This document shows positions 54,670-64,000 of a stretch of 64,000 nucleotides of DNA, in pieces (the stretch's first letter is position 1; the number at the start of each line of letters is the position of its first letter). The position numbers were made by a program, and so were the translations under genes. Below the pieces are notes generated by a model. The model was not told where the DNA came from, searched no databases, and saw nothing but the letters and a program-made list of their open reading frames with translations. This stretch comes from Trueperaceae bacterium (GTDB lineage Bacteria > Deinococcota > Deinococci > Deinococcales > Trueperaceae): the NCBI GenBank assembly GCA_034520945.1, contig JAXHNB010000002.1:352001-416000 (forward strand), given 5' to 3'.

Positions 54670-56835
54670 GTGGGCGCAGGCTTCGTGCCGTGGTCCGTGC
54701 CCTACGCCCTGGGGGTGGCGGCGGGCGCGTGGCTGCACGGCAGCGGCCTGCCCGCCCCCGCCCTCGCGCTGGCGGTGCTGGCGCTCCCGGCCTGCCGCCC
54801 GCGCCACCGACGCGTGTGGCTGGTGCTGCTGTTGGCCCTGCCGCTGGGGTGGGTTCGGCATGCCCAGCGGGAGGCACGGCCGGTGCCGCTCGCCCCGCTG
54901 GCGGGTCGCACCGTGGAGCTGGCGGGGTACGGCGAAGGGGGCCTGCTGCGCGTCCGTGGACTGGGCGGGGTGCGCGTCGCGTTGCGGCCGACCGATGCCG
55001 TGCCGCGCGGGCCGGTCCGGGTCCGCGGGCGGCTCGAGGCGGCGGAGGGCGTGCGCAACCCCGGCGGCTTCGATGCGCGCGCATGGCTGCGCCGGCGTGG
55101 GGGCGCGCACGTTCTGTACGTCGATGCCGTCACGGCGGCGGGGACTCCCGCGACCGGCCTCCGCGAGGCGGCACGGGACGCCCTCACGCGCGGCCTGACG
55201 CCCCAGCGCGCACGCCTGATGCGCGCGCTGGTGCTGGGCGAGCGCGAGGGGGCGGGCGAGCTGCGCGACACCTTCGCCCGGGCGGGCCTGGCGCACCTGC
55301 TGGCACTTTCGGGTCTGCACTTGGGCATCCTCGGTGGGGTCGCGGCGGCGCTTCTGGCGCCGCTCGGGCCTTGGCGCTGGGCGGGTGCCGGCTTCTTCGC
55401 GGCCGCCTTCGCCCTGTGGGTGGGCCCGACCCCCGGCTTGGCCCGCGCCGCCATGATGGCGGTGGCGACCGGGCTCGGCATGGCGTCGGGGACGGGACGG
55501 CTGGACGGGTTCGCCACGCTGGCGCTGGCGGCGGGCCTGACGCTGACGGTCCGGCCGGACTGGACGTTCGACCTGGGGTTTCAGCTGTCCTACCTGTCGC
55601 TGTTCGGCATTCTCGCGTGGGGGGTGCCGCTGGCGCGCCGCGCCGCGCGGGGGCGGTCCGCCTGGCATCCGCGGGCATGGGCGCCGGCCGGCATGGCGGT
55701 CAGCGCGTCGGCCACCGTGGCGACCGCCCCGATGGTGATCGACGCGTTCGGCGAGGTGCCGCCGTTCGGGCCGCTGGTGAACCTGGTGGCGGTGCCGCTG
55801 ACCACCGTGCTGGTGCCGGCAGGGTTCGTCGCCGCGGCACTCGGGGCGGTCTGGGCGCCGCTGGCCGTGCCGGTGCAGGCCGTGGTGGGGCCCCTCGCGG
55901 GGGCGCTGTTGGCGCTCGCCCACGCCTGTTCGGCGCTCCCCGTGATCACGTGGGGACAGATCGGCACGCCCGCAATGGGCCTGTGGATGGTGGGCACGCT
56001 GCCGTGGGCGTGGACGCTTCGCGGGCGGTTGCGGCCGTGGCGGGCCGCGGCGGTGACGGCGTGCGCCCTGGCCGCGGCGTGCCTGATGGCGCTTCCGGAG
56101 CGGCCCCCGACGGCGTACGTGCTCGACGTCGGTCAGGGCGACGCGATCGTGCTTCGCCTCCCTGGGGGGCACGACGTGCTGGTCGACGGCGGCGGCACCC
56201 CCTTCTCGGACTACGACGTGGGCGCGGAGGTGGTCGTGCCCGCCCTGCGGGCGCTGGGCGTGCGCGCCCTCGACCTGGTGGTGGCCACGCACGCCGACAG
56301 TGATCACGTGGAGGGGCTCGCCGCCGTGCTGCAGGAGCTGCCCGTGGGCCTGCTGGCGTACGGCCACGACGTGCGCAAGCCGGTGTGGGACCGCCTGTTG
56401 GCCGTGGCCGACGCGCGCGGCGTGGCCCGCCGGCCGCTGCGCCGGGGCCAGCGGATCGCCCTGGGTCGCGCCGAGCTGCACGTGCTGCACCCGGTCGCGC
56501 GAAGCCGCGGCGAACCGAACGACGATTCCGTCGTGCTCCGGGTCGACTGGCGGGGGCGCGCGTGGGCGTTGCTTTTGGGCGACGCGCCGGCCGCGCTGGC
56601 CTCGCGCTTGGCGATTCCGCCGGTTCCGCTGCTGATGGCGGCGCACCACGGCGCGAATGATGGCACCTCGGCCGCGCTGTTGCGGGCGGCCCGGCCCGAG
56701 GTGGTGGCGATCTCGGTGGGCCGCAACCGCTACGGCCACCCCTCGGACGCGGTCCTGGCCCGCGTCCGCGAGGTCGGCGCGGAGGTTCGTAGGACCGACC
56801 AGGAGGGCGCCCTTCGCTTTTCGCCCGCGTGGTAG
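54670..56835 (+). CDS. comEC: DNA uptake channel ComEC/Rec2
   Basis: NPGGFD, HLLALSGLH, GFQLS, DVGQGD, THADSDH, HHG. Confidence 0.95.
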   Translation: MGAGFVPWSVPYALGVAAGAWLHGSGLPAPALALAVLALPACRPRHRRVWLVLLLALPLGWVRHAQREARPVPLAPLAGRTVELAGYGEGGLLRVRGLGGVRVALRPTDAVPRGPVRVRGRLEAAEGVRNPGGFDARAWLRRRGGAHVLYVDAVTAAGTPATGLREAARDALTRGLTPQRARLMRALVLGEREGAGELRDTFARAGLAHLLALSGLHLGILGGVAAALLAPLGPWRWAGAGFFAAAFALWVGPTPGLARAAMMAVATGLGMASGTGRLDGFATLALAAGLTLTVRPDWTFDLGFQLSYLSLFGILAWGVPLARRAARGRSAWHPRAWAPAGMAVSASATVATAPMVIDAFGEVPPFGPLVNLVAVPLTTVLVPAGFVAAALGAVWAPLAVPVQAVVGPLAGALLALAHACSALPVITWGQIGTPAMGLWMVGTLPWAWTLRGRLRPWRAAAVTACALAAACLMALPERPPTAYVLDVGQGDAIVLRLPGGHDVLVDGGGTPFSDYDVGAEVVVPALRALGVRALDLVVATHADSDHVEGLAAVLQELPVGLLAYGHDVRKPVWDRLLAVADARGVARRPLRRGQRIALGRAELHVLHPVARSRGEPNDDSVVLRVDWRGRAWALLLGDAPAALASRLAIPPVPLLMAAHHGANDGTSAALLRAARPEVVAISVGRNRYGHPSDAVLARVREVGAEVRRTDQEGALRFSPAW

Positions 56836-56843
56836 CGTTTCTC

Positions 56844-57596
56844 ATGCTCAAGGCGGTGCGCGTGCTCGCCGAGAACGGGCCCGTCCGTGTCGAGTTGGCA
56901 CGTAGCGAGGGCCGGCTGGTGGTCGTCAAGCGGCTGGTGGGGTTCCATCCGGTGCTCGAGCGGCGCTTGGCCCGCGAGGCCGAGGTGGTGCGCAAGCTCG
57001 ATCACCCCGGCATCCTGCCGCTCCTGTGGGTGCGGGACGGCGTGCTGGTCTATCCCTTTTTGCCGGGCGTCAATCTCGCCGACGCGCTGAGGGCGGGCCC
57101 GCTTCCCTGGCGCCGCGCGCGCCGCATCGGCGTCGAGGCGCTCCGCGCCCTGGACTACGCCCACGGGCACGGCATCATTCACCACGACGTCAAGCCTGGC
57201 AACCTGGTGCAACGGGGCGAGCGAACCATCCTGCTGGACTTCGGCTTCGCGAAGGACCTGGCCCTGTCGTCGATCACGGCGATTTCGTCGGCCATGGGCA
57301 CGCCGAACTACATGGCGCCCGAGCAGTTCGGCGGCGTCCGCGACGATCCGCGCAGCGACATCTACGCCGTCGGGGCGGTGCTGTACCACGCCGTGGCGGG
57401 CGAGCCCCCCTACGGCCGGGAGGTGCTGCGCATGCTGGCCGGCGAACGGCCCGAATTGGCGCCCGTGCCCGCACGGGCGCGGGCGTTGGCGGACTGGATC
57501 CGGACGGCCCTGGCGCCCGCGCCGAGCGCGCGCTTCCAGTCGGCCGCCGAGATGCTGGCCGCGGTGCCGGACGAACGCGCCCAGGTGGCCCGTTGA
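56844..57596 (+). CDS. Minimal Hanks-type Ser/Thr kinase
   Basis: VVKR, HHDVKPGN, DFG, GTPNYMAPE. Confidence 0.9.
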   Translation: MLKAVRVLAENGPVRVELARSEGRLVVVKRLVGFHPVLERRLAREAEVVRKLDHPGILPLLWVRDGVLVYPFLPGVNLADALRAGPLPWRRARRIGVEALRALDYAHGHGIIHHDVKPGNLVQRGERTILLDFGFAKDLALSSITAISSAMGTPNYMAPEQFGGVRDDPRSDIYAVGAVLYHAVAGEPPYGREVLRMLAGERPELAPVPARARALADWIRTALAPAPSARFQSAAEMLAAVPDERAQVAR

Positions 57597-58543
57597 TCCT
57601 CGCGTTCAGCGGCGATTCGTTCCTGGCCCGGCGTGGTGCGCGGCGCGCCCTGGACGCCCGCGGCGGCGATGGCGTCTCCGTGGTCGAACTGGGCGAGGGG
57701 ACCGACGCCGACGAGATCGTCCAGCAGGCCCGACAGTCGGGGCTGTTCGGGGCCTCGACGCTGCTGATCGACTTCGACGCCGCGTTCCAGGGCCAGGGGG
57801 GCGTGGCGCCGCGCAACGCCGCCCTGAAGGCGCTGGCGTCGGTCCCGGACGAGACCCTGGTGGTGGTGATCGACAGCCACGCCACACCGGCGCGTCAGAA
57901 GCGCTGGCAGGAGCTGGGCGAACTGGATCACCGCCCCACCCCCCGGTTCGGCGAACTGCGGCGCTGGATCGCGCGCGAGCTCGACGATGCCGGGGTGCGC
58001 GTCGAGCCGAGCGTGCCGGCGTTGCTGGCCGACCTGTTCGGCGAGGACCTGCCCGGGCTCGCCTCCGAAATCCAGAAGCTGGCGGTCCTGGACGAGACGC
58101 TCGGCGAGGACCGCGTACGTCGTCTGGTCGCGCGGCCCGCCTCCCGCGACGCCTTCGACATGATCGACGCCATCGTGCGTGGCGACGCGGGGCAGGCGGT
58201 GCGGGTGGCTCAGACGCTGATGGACGCCGGCGAGCCCCCCGCCCGCGTCGCCGGGGCATTGGCGTGGCAGTTCGCGCTGGTGGCGCGGGCGCGGGGGTTG
58301 CGCGAGGAACAGGGGGAGGTGCCCAAGGCGATCGCCGCGAAGGAGCTCGGCACCTCCCCATACCCGGCGGGACGGGCGATGGCGCTGGCGCGCGAGGCGG
58401 ACGAGCGGATGCTGGCCGAGGTGTTCGAGCAGTTGCTGGACGCCGAGACCGCCCTCAAGACCGGCCGCCGCGAGCCGGGGTGGGCGATGACCGCGTTGGC
58501 GCTGTCGTTGGCGTCGACCTTCGGGCGTGGGGCCGCCCCGTGA
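57593..58543 (+). CDS. holA: DNA polymerase III delta subunit
   Basis: SGLFG, SEIQKL, AFDMIDAI, ALKTG; synteny with comEC. Confidence 0.88.
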   Translation: MILAFSGDSFLARRGARRALDARGGDGVSVVELGEGTDADEIVQQARQSGLFGASTLLIDFDAAFQGQGGVAPRNAALKALASVPDETLVVVIDSHATPARQKRWQELGELDHRPTPRFGELRRWIARELDDAGVRVEPSVPALLADLFGEDLPGLASEIQKLAVLDETLGEDRVRRLVARPASRDAFDMIDAIVRGDAGQAVRVAQTLMDAGEPPARVAGALAWQFALVARARGLREEQGEVPKAIAAKELGTSPYPAGRAMALAREADERMLAEVFEQLLDAETALKTGRREPGWAMTALALSLASTFGRGAAP

Positions 58544-59535
58544 GCGCGGACCGACGCGGCGCGGACGCGCTCGCGGCGCCCGCGCAGGTGGTGGACGGTG
58601 TCGCGGCGGGCGACCCGCGGTCGCTGGCGCGCGCGGTCTCGTGGCTCGAAGCGGACGATCCGCGCGGCGCGGAGGTGCTGGCGCGGCTGCGTCGCGGGGC
58701 CGGCGGGGCCGCCCCGGCACACCTGATCGGGATCACCGGCGCACCCGGGTCGGGGAAGAGCACCCTGGTGGACCGCTACATCCACCACCAACGGCACCAT
58801 GACCGGCGCGTGGCGGTCGTGGCCGTCGATCCGACCAGCCCCTTCTCCGGCGGGGCGATCCTCGGCGACCGCATTCGCATGACCCGCTGGCACGCCGACC
58901 CGGGCGTGTTCGTCCGCTCGATGGCCACCCGCGGTCAGCTCGGCGGGTTGGCGGCGGGCACGCTGCGCGTGGCGGGGTTGCTGGCGATGAGCGGCTTCGA
59001 CCGGGTCGTGATCGAGACGGTGGGGGTGGGGCAGTCGGAGGTGGACGTCGTCGAGGTCGCCGATACGACGGTGCTGTTGCTTGCGCCGGGCGCGGGGGAC
59101 GGGATTCAGGCGGTCAAGGCCGGCGTGATGGAGATCGCCGACGTGTTCGTCGTCGCCAAGGCCGACCTGCCCGGCGCCGACCGCCTGCAGCGCGAGATCC
59201 GGGCGTCGCTGGCCCTGGCGCCGGCGGCCGAGGGGGATGCCTGGTCGCCGCCGATCGTGCGGGCCAGCACCACGGACGAGGCGGGGGCGGAGGCGTTGGC
59301 GTCGGCCCTGGAGGCGCACCGCGCCCACCTGGCGGCGGGCGGCGGCGGCGGTTTCGCAGAGCGCCGCCGGCGGCGGGTCCGCGCCGAACTGGCCGCGGCC
59401 GTGCGCGGGCGCGTGCGCGGCGCGCTGTTCGAGCACGGCGAGGCGTGGGTCGACGCTGTCCTCGCCGGCGAGCGAAGCGCCGAGCAGGCCGTGTCGGGGT
59501 TGATGGCGCACCTGGCCGTCACCGAGCAGGCGTAG
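58540..59535 (+). CDS. meaB: MeaB/ArgK GTPase
   Basis: GAPGSGKST, DPTSPFSGGAILGDRIRM, ETVGVGQSE. Confidence 0.94.
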   Translation: MSADRRGADALAAPAQVVDGVAAGDPRSLARAVSWLEADDPRGAEVLARLRRGAGGAAPAHLIGITGAPGSGKSTLVDRYIHHQRHHDRRVAVVAVDPTSPFSGGAILGDRIRMTRWHADPGVFVRSMATRGQLGGLAAGTLRVAGLLAMSGFDRVVIETVGVGQSEVDVVEVADTTVLLLAPGAGDGIQAVKAGVMEIADVFVVAKADLPGADRLQREIRASLALAPAAEGDAWSPPIVRASTTDEAGAEALASALEAHRAHLAAGGGGGFAERRRRRVRAELAAAVRGRVRGALFEHGEAWVDAVLAGERSAEQAVSGLMAHLAVTEQA

Positions 59536-60084
<549 letters not shown>

Positions 60085-60166
60085 ACTCTTCGTTCGCGGC
60101 CGCCGAGGGGGTCGCACTCGGCGCGGCAGGCGGGACGCCTGGCGCCGCGCCCGGAGAGGACGTCGG

Positions 60167-61159
60167 ATGTCGTACTTGATGCGAGGCTTGGCGGCGAACG
60201 GTGGGATCCGTATCGTCGCGGCGGACACGACGGCGTTGGTGAGTGAGGCGGTGCAGCGCCACGAGGCGCGGCCCACCGCCGGCGCAGCGCTGGGACGGAC
60301 GTTGACCGGCGCGCTGCTGCTTTCGCACGTCCTGTTGAAGGACCCCCGCGACCGCGTCACCCTGCGGTTGCAGGGGGACGGGCCGTTGGGCGGCGTCATC
60401 GCCGAAGCGGGCCTGGACGGCACCGTCCGCGGGTACGCTGAGCGACCGTCGGCCGACCTTCCGCTCCGGCAGGACGGAAAGCTGGACGTCGGGGGGGCGG
60501 TGGGGCCCGAGGGAACGATCGAGGTGATCCGGTCGCACGCCCCCTACGGCGACCCCTACCAGAGCGCCGTGGAGCTGGTCTCGGGCGAGGTGGCCGAGGA
60601 CATCTCCGGATTCCTGGCGCGAAGCGAGCAGATCGCCTCCGCCGTGCTATTGGGCGTGTACTACCAGAACGGTGTCGTCTCGCGGTCCGGGGGCGTGCTG
60701 CTGCAGGCGTTGCCGGACGCGGAGGAGGGCGTGCTCGCCCGGCTCGAAGCCAACGTGCGCGCGTTCGGCCCCCTCACCGAAGGGTTGCGGCGCGCGTCGT
60801 TGATCGAAGCGATGCACGAGCTGACGGCCGGGTTCGACCTGCGCATCATGAACGACGAGGCGCTCCCCGTAGGGTTCGCGTGCCGCTGCAGCGACGACAA
60901 GGCGCGTCAGGTCCTGGCGTACTTCACGCCCGAGGAGCGACGCCGCATGATCGAGGAGGACGGCGGCGCCGAGGCGGTGTGCCACTGGTGCGGCCAAAGG
61001 CGCTGGATCGGGGCGGAGGCGATCCGCTCCCTTGGCGACGGCAAGGACGAGGTGCGGTGTCCGGACTGCGGCACGTTGTGGTACCGCGACGCGGGCACGG
61101 TGATGGTGCGCGACGGCGAACGGTGCGCCTGCGGACGCCCGGTGGCGCTTCCGAACTGA
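60167..61159 (+). CDS. hslO: Hsp33 chaperone
   Basis: ALGR, GEVAED, SEQIAS, CRC...CHWC. Confidence 0.95.
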   Translation: MSYLMRGLAANGGIRIVAADTTALVSEAVQRHEARPTAGAALGRTLTGALLLSHVLLKDPRDRVTLRLQGDGPLGGVIAEAGLDGTVRGYAERPSADLPLRQDGKLDVGGAVGPEGTIEVIRSHAPYGDPYQSAVELVSGEVAEDISGFLARSEQIASAVLLGVYYQNGVVSRSGGVLLQALPDAEEGVLARLEANVRAFGPLTEGLRRASLIEAMHELTAGFDLRIMNDEALPVGFACRCSDDKARQVLAYFTPEERRRMIEEDGGAEAVCHWCGQRRWIGAEAIRSLGDGKDEVRCPDCGTLWYRDAGTVMVRDGERCACGRPVALPN

Positions 61160-61180
61160 ACACCTGCTAGCATTCGCGGC

Positions 61181-62074
61181 ATGCCCCTCATCGCGCTTCT
61201 GGCGCTTCTCGTCGTCGCCGTACTGTGGGGTTCGGCGTTTCCGCTCATCAAGGTCGGCCTCTCGGGCCTGTCGGTGCCGCACCTGACGGTGGTGCGGCAC
61301 CTCGTGGCGTCGGGGGCGTTCGCGGTGTTCCTGCTCGCGACCGGCCGCCGGCTCCGGCCCGCCTGGTCGGACGTGCCGTGGTTCCTGCTGCTGGGGTTCA
61401 GCGGCATGTTCGTCTACCACACGGCGCTCAACGCCGGCGAACTCCGGGTCTCGGCCGGCGCCACCAGCCTGATCATCGCGACCGCGCCGGCCATCACCGC
61501 GCTGTTGGCGCGCCTGATCACGGGCGAGCGCCTGCCGGCCTGGGGGTGGGCGGGCATCGCGACGTCGTTCTCCGGCGTGGTGCTGATCGTGCTCGGCGAC
61601 ACCCCGGACCTTCGCTTCGACCCGTTCGCCGGGTTCGTGCTGTTGTCGGCCTTCGCGACCAGCCTGTACTTCGTGTTGCAGCAGCGCATGTTCGCGCGCT
61701 ACCAGGCGGTGGAGGTCACCGCGTTCGTGACCTGGGGCGGCACCGTGCCGATGCTTGCCTTCCTGCCCGGCCTGCCGGCCGACGTGCTCAGCGCCCCGCC
61801 CCAAGCGCTCATGGCGGCGGTGTACATCGGCCTGCTCCCTTCGGCGGTGGCGTACAGCCTGTTCGCCTTCGCCCAGACCCGGGCGCCGGTCACGCAGGTG
61901 GCGACGATGCTGTACACCGTGCCGTTGTTCAGCCTGCTGCTGTCGTGGGGCATTCTCGGCGAGGTGCCGACCCTACTGACGCTCCTCGGCGGGGCGGTGG
62001 CGATCGTTGGCATCGTGATGGTGCAGCGCGCGCGCAGGCACGCCGCCCGTCGGGTGACCGCCCTGCGCGGCTGA
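61181..62074 (+). CDS. EamA/DMT family transporter
   Basis: WGSAF, GERL; about 10 TM helices. Confidence 0.9.
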   Translation: MPLIALLALLVVAVLWGSAFPLIKVGLSGLSVPHLTVVRHLVASGAFAVFLLATGRRLRPAWSDVPWFLLLGFSGMFVYHTALNAGELRVSAGATSLIIATAPAITALLARLITGERLPAWGWAGIATSFSGVVLIVLGDTPDLRFDPFAGFVLLSAFATSLYFVLQQRMFARYQAVEVTAFVTWGGTVPMLAFLPGLPADVLSAPPQALMAAVYIGLLPSAVAYSLFAFAQTRAPVTQVATMLYTVPLFSLLLSWGILGEVPTLLTLLGGAVAIVGIVMVQRARRHAARRVTALRG

Positions 62075-62091
62075 GCCCGCGCGGGCGCCGC

Positions 62092-62703
62092 TCAGGCCCG
62101 TGGCGGGCGGGGCGCGCCCAGGCGGCGCTCGGTCCCCTTGGCGAGCCTGCGGACGTTCTCGCGGTGCTGGGCGAAGGCCAGCAGCATCAGTACGATCCCC
62201 AACGCCAAGTCCGGGGGCGCGTAGGTGCCCGACGCCAGCAGGAACAGCGGGGCCGAGGCCATCCCCACCAGCGAGCCGAGCGACACGTAGCGACCGAGCG
62301 CGATCGTCAGCACGCCCAGGACGACGGCGACCAACGCGACGGCGGGGTTGACGACCAGGAACACCCCCAGGGTGGTGGCGATGCCCTTGCCGCCCCGCAA
62401 GCGCAGGAACACGTTGAAGTCGTTGCCGAGCACCGTGGCCATGCCGGTGAGGGCCACGGTCCACCCGTCCATGCCGAGGGCCAGCGGCAGCAACGTCGCC
62501 AGGGCGCCCTTCACCGGGTCCATGAGGCCGACCAGCAGGGCCGGCCACACGCCCAGCGCACGCAGCACGTTGGTGGCGCCGATGTTGCCGGACCCGACCT
62601 GCTGGATGTCCACGCCGTGCGCACGCGCGACCAGCCAGCCGGTCGGCACCGTGCCGACCAGGTAGCCGATCACCATGAACAAGGGCGCGAGCAGGACGGA
62701 CAC
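62092..62703 (-). CDS. plsY: Glycerol-3-phosphate acyltransferase PlsY
   Basis: GSGNIGATN, GGKGIAT, HRENVRRL. Confidence 0.95.
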   Translation of the reverse strand: MSVLLAPLFMVIGYLVGTVPTGWLVARAHGVDIQQVGSGNIGATNVLRALGVWPALLVGLMDPVKGALATLLPLALGMDGWTVALTGMATVLGNDFNVFLRLRGGKGIATTLGVFLVVNPAVALVAVVLGVLTIALGRYVSLGSLVGMASAPLFLLASGTYAPPDLALGIVLMLLAFAQHRENVRRLAKGTERRLGAPRPPRA

Positions 62704-62885
62704 GTGACCTCCCAGCGGAGGGGAACGTCGGGGGCGAGGGCGGGGCGAAGCGCGGGCGTGGGACCTGGCCGTGGGACCTGGGCGCGGGACCTGGCCGAAT
62801 CATACCGGCGCGCGTGTGGGGGGACCGTGAGGGGCCCAAGGTGGGGGCGAGGTTCGGGACGAGCGGGCGCGGTACCCTGCGCGGC

Positions 62886-64000
62886 ATGACTCAAGAGGCG
62901 CTACTTCTGCTGGTCGTCGTCGTGACCGGCGTGTTCGCGTTCCGGTGGACCCGGCGGCTGGCGCCGGGGTGGAGCGAGCTTCCGCTCAAGACCGCCGCGG
63001 CCGCGTTGTTGGCGGCCGGCGTGCTGGCGGCCGAGTTCGGGGTGGTCCAGGCCGGGCCCGCCTGGCGGTGGGCGGCGCTGGTGTTGGCGCCGCTGTACGT
63101 GTTCGCGCCGCTGGCGCTGACCGGGTTGGCGCGGGCCGGGCGGTTCCGCGCAGCGGGCCTGCTGGTGCGCGTGCTGTACTGGTCGGGGCCGGGACGGGAC
63201 GGGATGCGGCGCTTGTTGACGCAGGTCGCGTTGCGCCGCGGCGACGCCGACGCGGCCGAGCGAACCATGCCGGAGGACGCGCCGTTGTTGCAGGCGCAGC
63301 TGCACGCGCTGCGCCAGGAGTGGGCGCGCGTGCTCGAGGTCGAGCTCGACGGGGCCCGCGACAACGTGCACCTGTTGGAGGAGGCCAAGGTGCGGGCATT
63401 GCTGGCGTTGGAGCGGACCGACGAGGCGGCTGCGCGCGTGGCGGACCTGGAGTCTCGCCTGCAGGACGCCGACGCCGGTCCGATCCTCGCCCGCGCCGCG
63501 CTGTTGTCGTCCGCGCGGCTGGCCGCCGCGCGCGGCCGGTTGGAGGAGGCCCAGAAGGCGTTGCAACCGCCGCCCGCCGGCGTGCCGCCGTTCGAGTTGT
63601 TCGCGATCCTGGCCGAAGCGGCGGAGCGAGGCCGGCACGACGTGGCGGGCGACCTGTGGACGCGTGCGTACGCGGCCGCCCCCCCGCCGTTGCGCCCGCG
63701 CTACGCCGAGCATCTGCGCGCCCTGGGCCGCACCGTGCCGGAGGTACGGCTCCGGCGGCCGGTGGCGACCTACGCCATGGCGGCCACGCTGGTCGTGGCG
63801 TACCTCGGCCAGCTGCTGCTGGACGGCTCGGTGGCGCCGTTTCCGACCCCGATCGGACGACTGGACCCCAGCATGGCGACGGCGGCGTTCCTGTTGGGCG
63901 TGCCGGGCGTGCCGAGCGGCGAGGCGTGGTGGCGTTTCCTGTCGTACGCGTTCGTGCACGGCAACCTGATCCACATCCTGCTGAACGCCTGGGTGCTCAC
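62886..64000 (+). CDS. Rhomboid family protease with a long N-terminal region (3'-truncated by window; absent from ORF track)
   Basis: TACCCT-N7-ATG; the same frame ends in WWRFLSYAFVHGNLIHILLN. Confidence 0.85.
   Translation, partial: MTQEALLLLVVVVTGVFAFRWTRRLAPGWSELPLKTAAAALLAAGVLAAEFGVVQAGPAWRWAALVLAPLYVFAPLALTGLARAGRFRAAGLLVRVLYWSGPGRDGMRRLLTQVALRRGDADAAERTMPEDAPLLQAQLHALRQEWARVLEVELDGARDNVHLLEEAKVRALLALERTDEAAARVADLESRLQDADAGPILARAALLSSARLAAARGRLEEAQKALQPPPAGVPPFELFAILAEAAERGRHDVAGDLWTRAYAAAPPPLRPRYAEHLRALGRTVPEVRLRRPVATYAMAATLVVAYLGQLLLDGSVAPFPTPIGRLDPSMATAAFLLGVPGVPSGEAWWRFLSYAFVHGNLIHILLNAWVL

Noticed and set aside
58540..59535. meaB without an adjacent methylmalonyl-CoA mutase
   Set aside because: meaB is often unlinked from its mutase

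Overview
A very GC-rich, gene-dense chromosomal segment made up mostly of core housekeeping genes. The archaeal/eukaryote-type ProRS, loop-less tRNA nucleotidyltransferase, sufCBD-Rieske, pyrR-pyrB-pyrC and pervasive TAnnnT-N5-8-ATG leaderless starts suggest a Deinococcota bacterium, probably Trueperaceae-like (inference). It holds about 65 CDSs, including proS, ilvE, galE, ribH, coaE, a frameshifted tkt, bioY, pyrRBC with a PyrR attenuator, sufCBD, ispF, acs, trkAH, lnt, trmFO, ltaE, aroE, dsbA/B, sod, comEA/EC, holA, meaB, coaD, hslO and plsY. I saw no rRNA, tRNA, CRISPR array, transposase, integrase or prophage gene. The most unusual signals are outside the annotated genes. (1) Two free-standing intergenic transcription units (about 2620-2860 on + and 18105-18306 on -) each have a promoter, two GGAGG motifs and a terminator; one carries a 16-nt near-perfect complement of the 16S rRNA 3' end with no nearby AUG. 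(2) A tandem pair of paralogous small proteins lies behind a near-consensus sigma70 promoter. (3) A secreted protein with an Asp-rich heptad tail sits next to a broken sensor-kinase remnant that runs in frame into a Ser/Thr kinase. (4) There is a stand-alone diadenylate cyclase domain, and a minimal Ser/Thr kinase inserted between comEC and holA. All protein calls come from motif recognition by eye; no searches were run.
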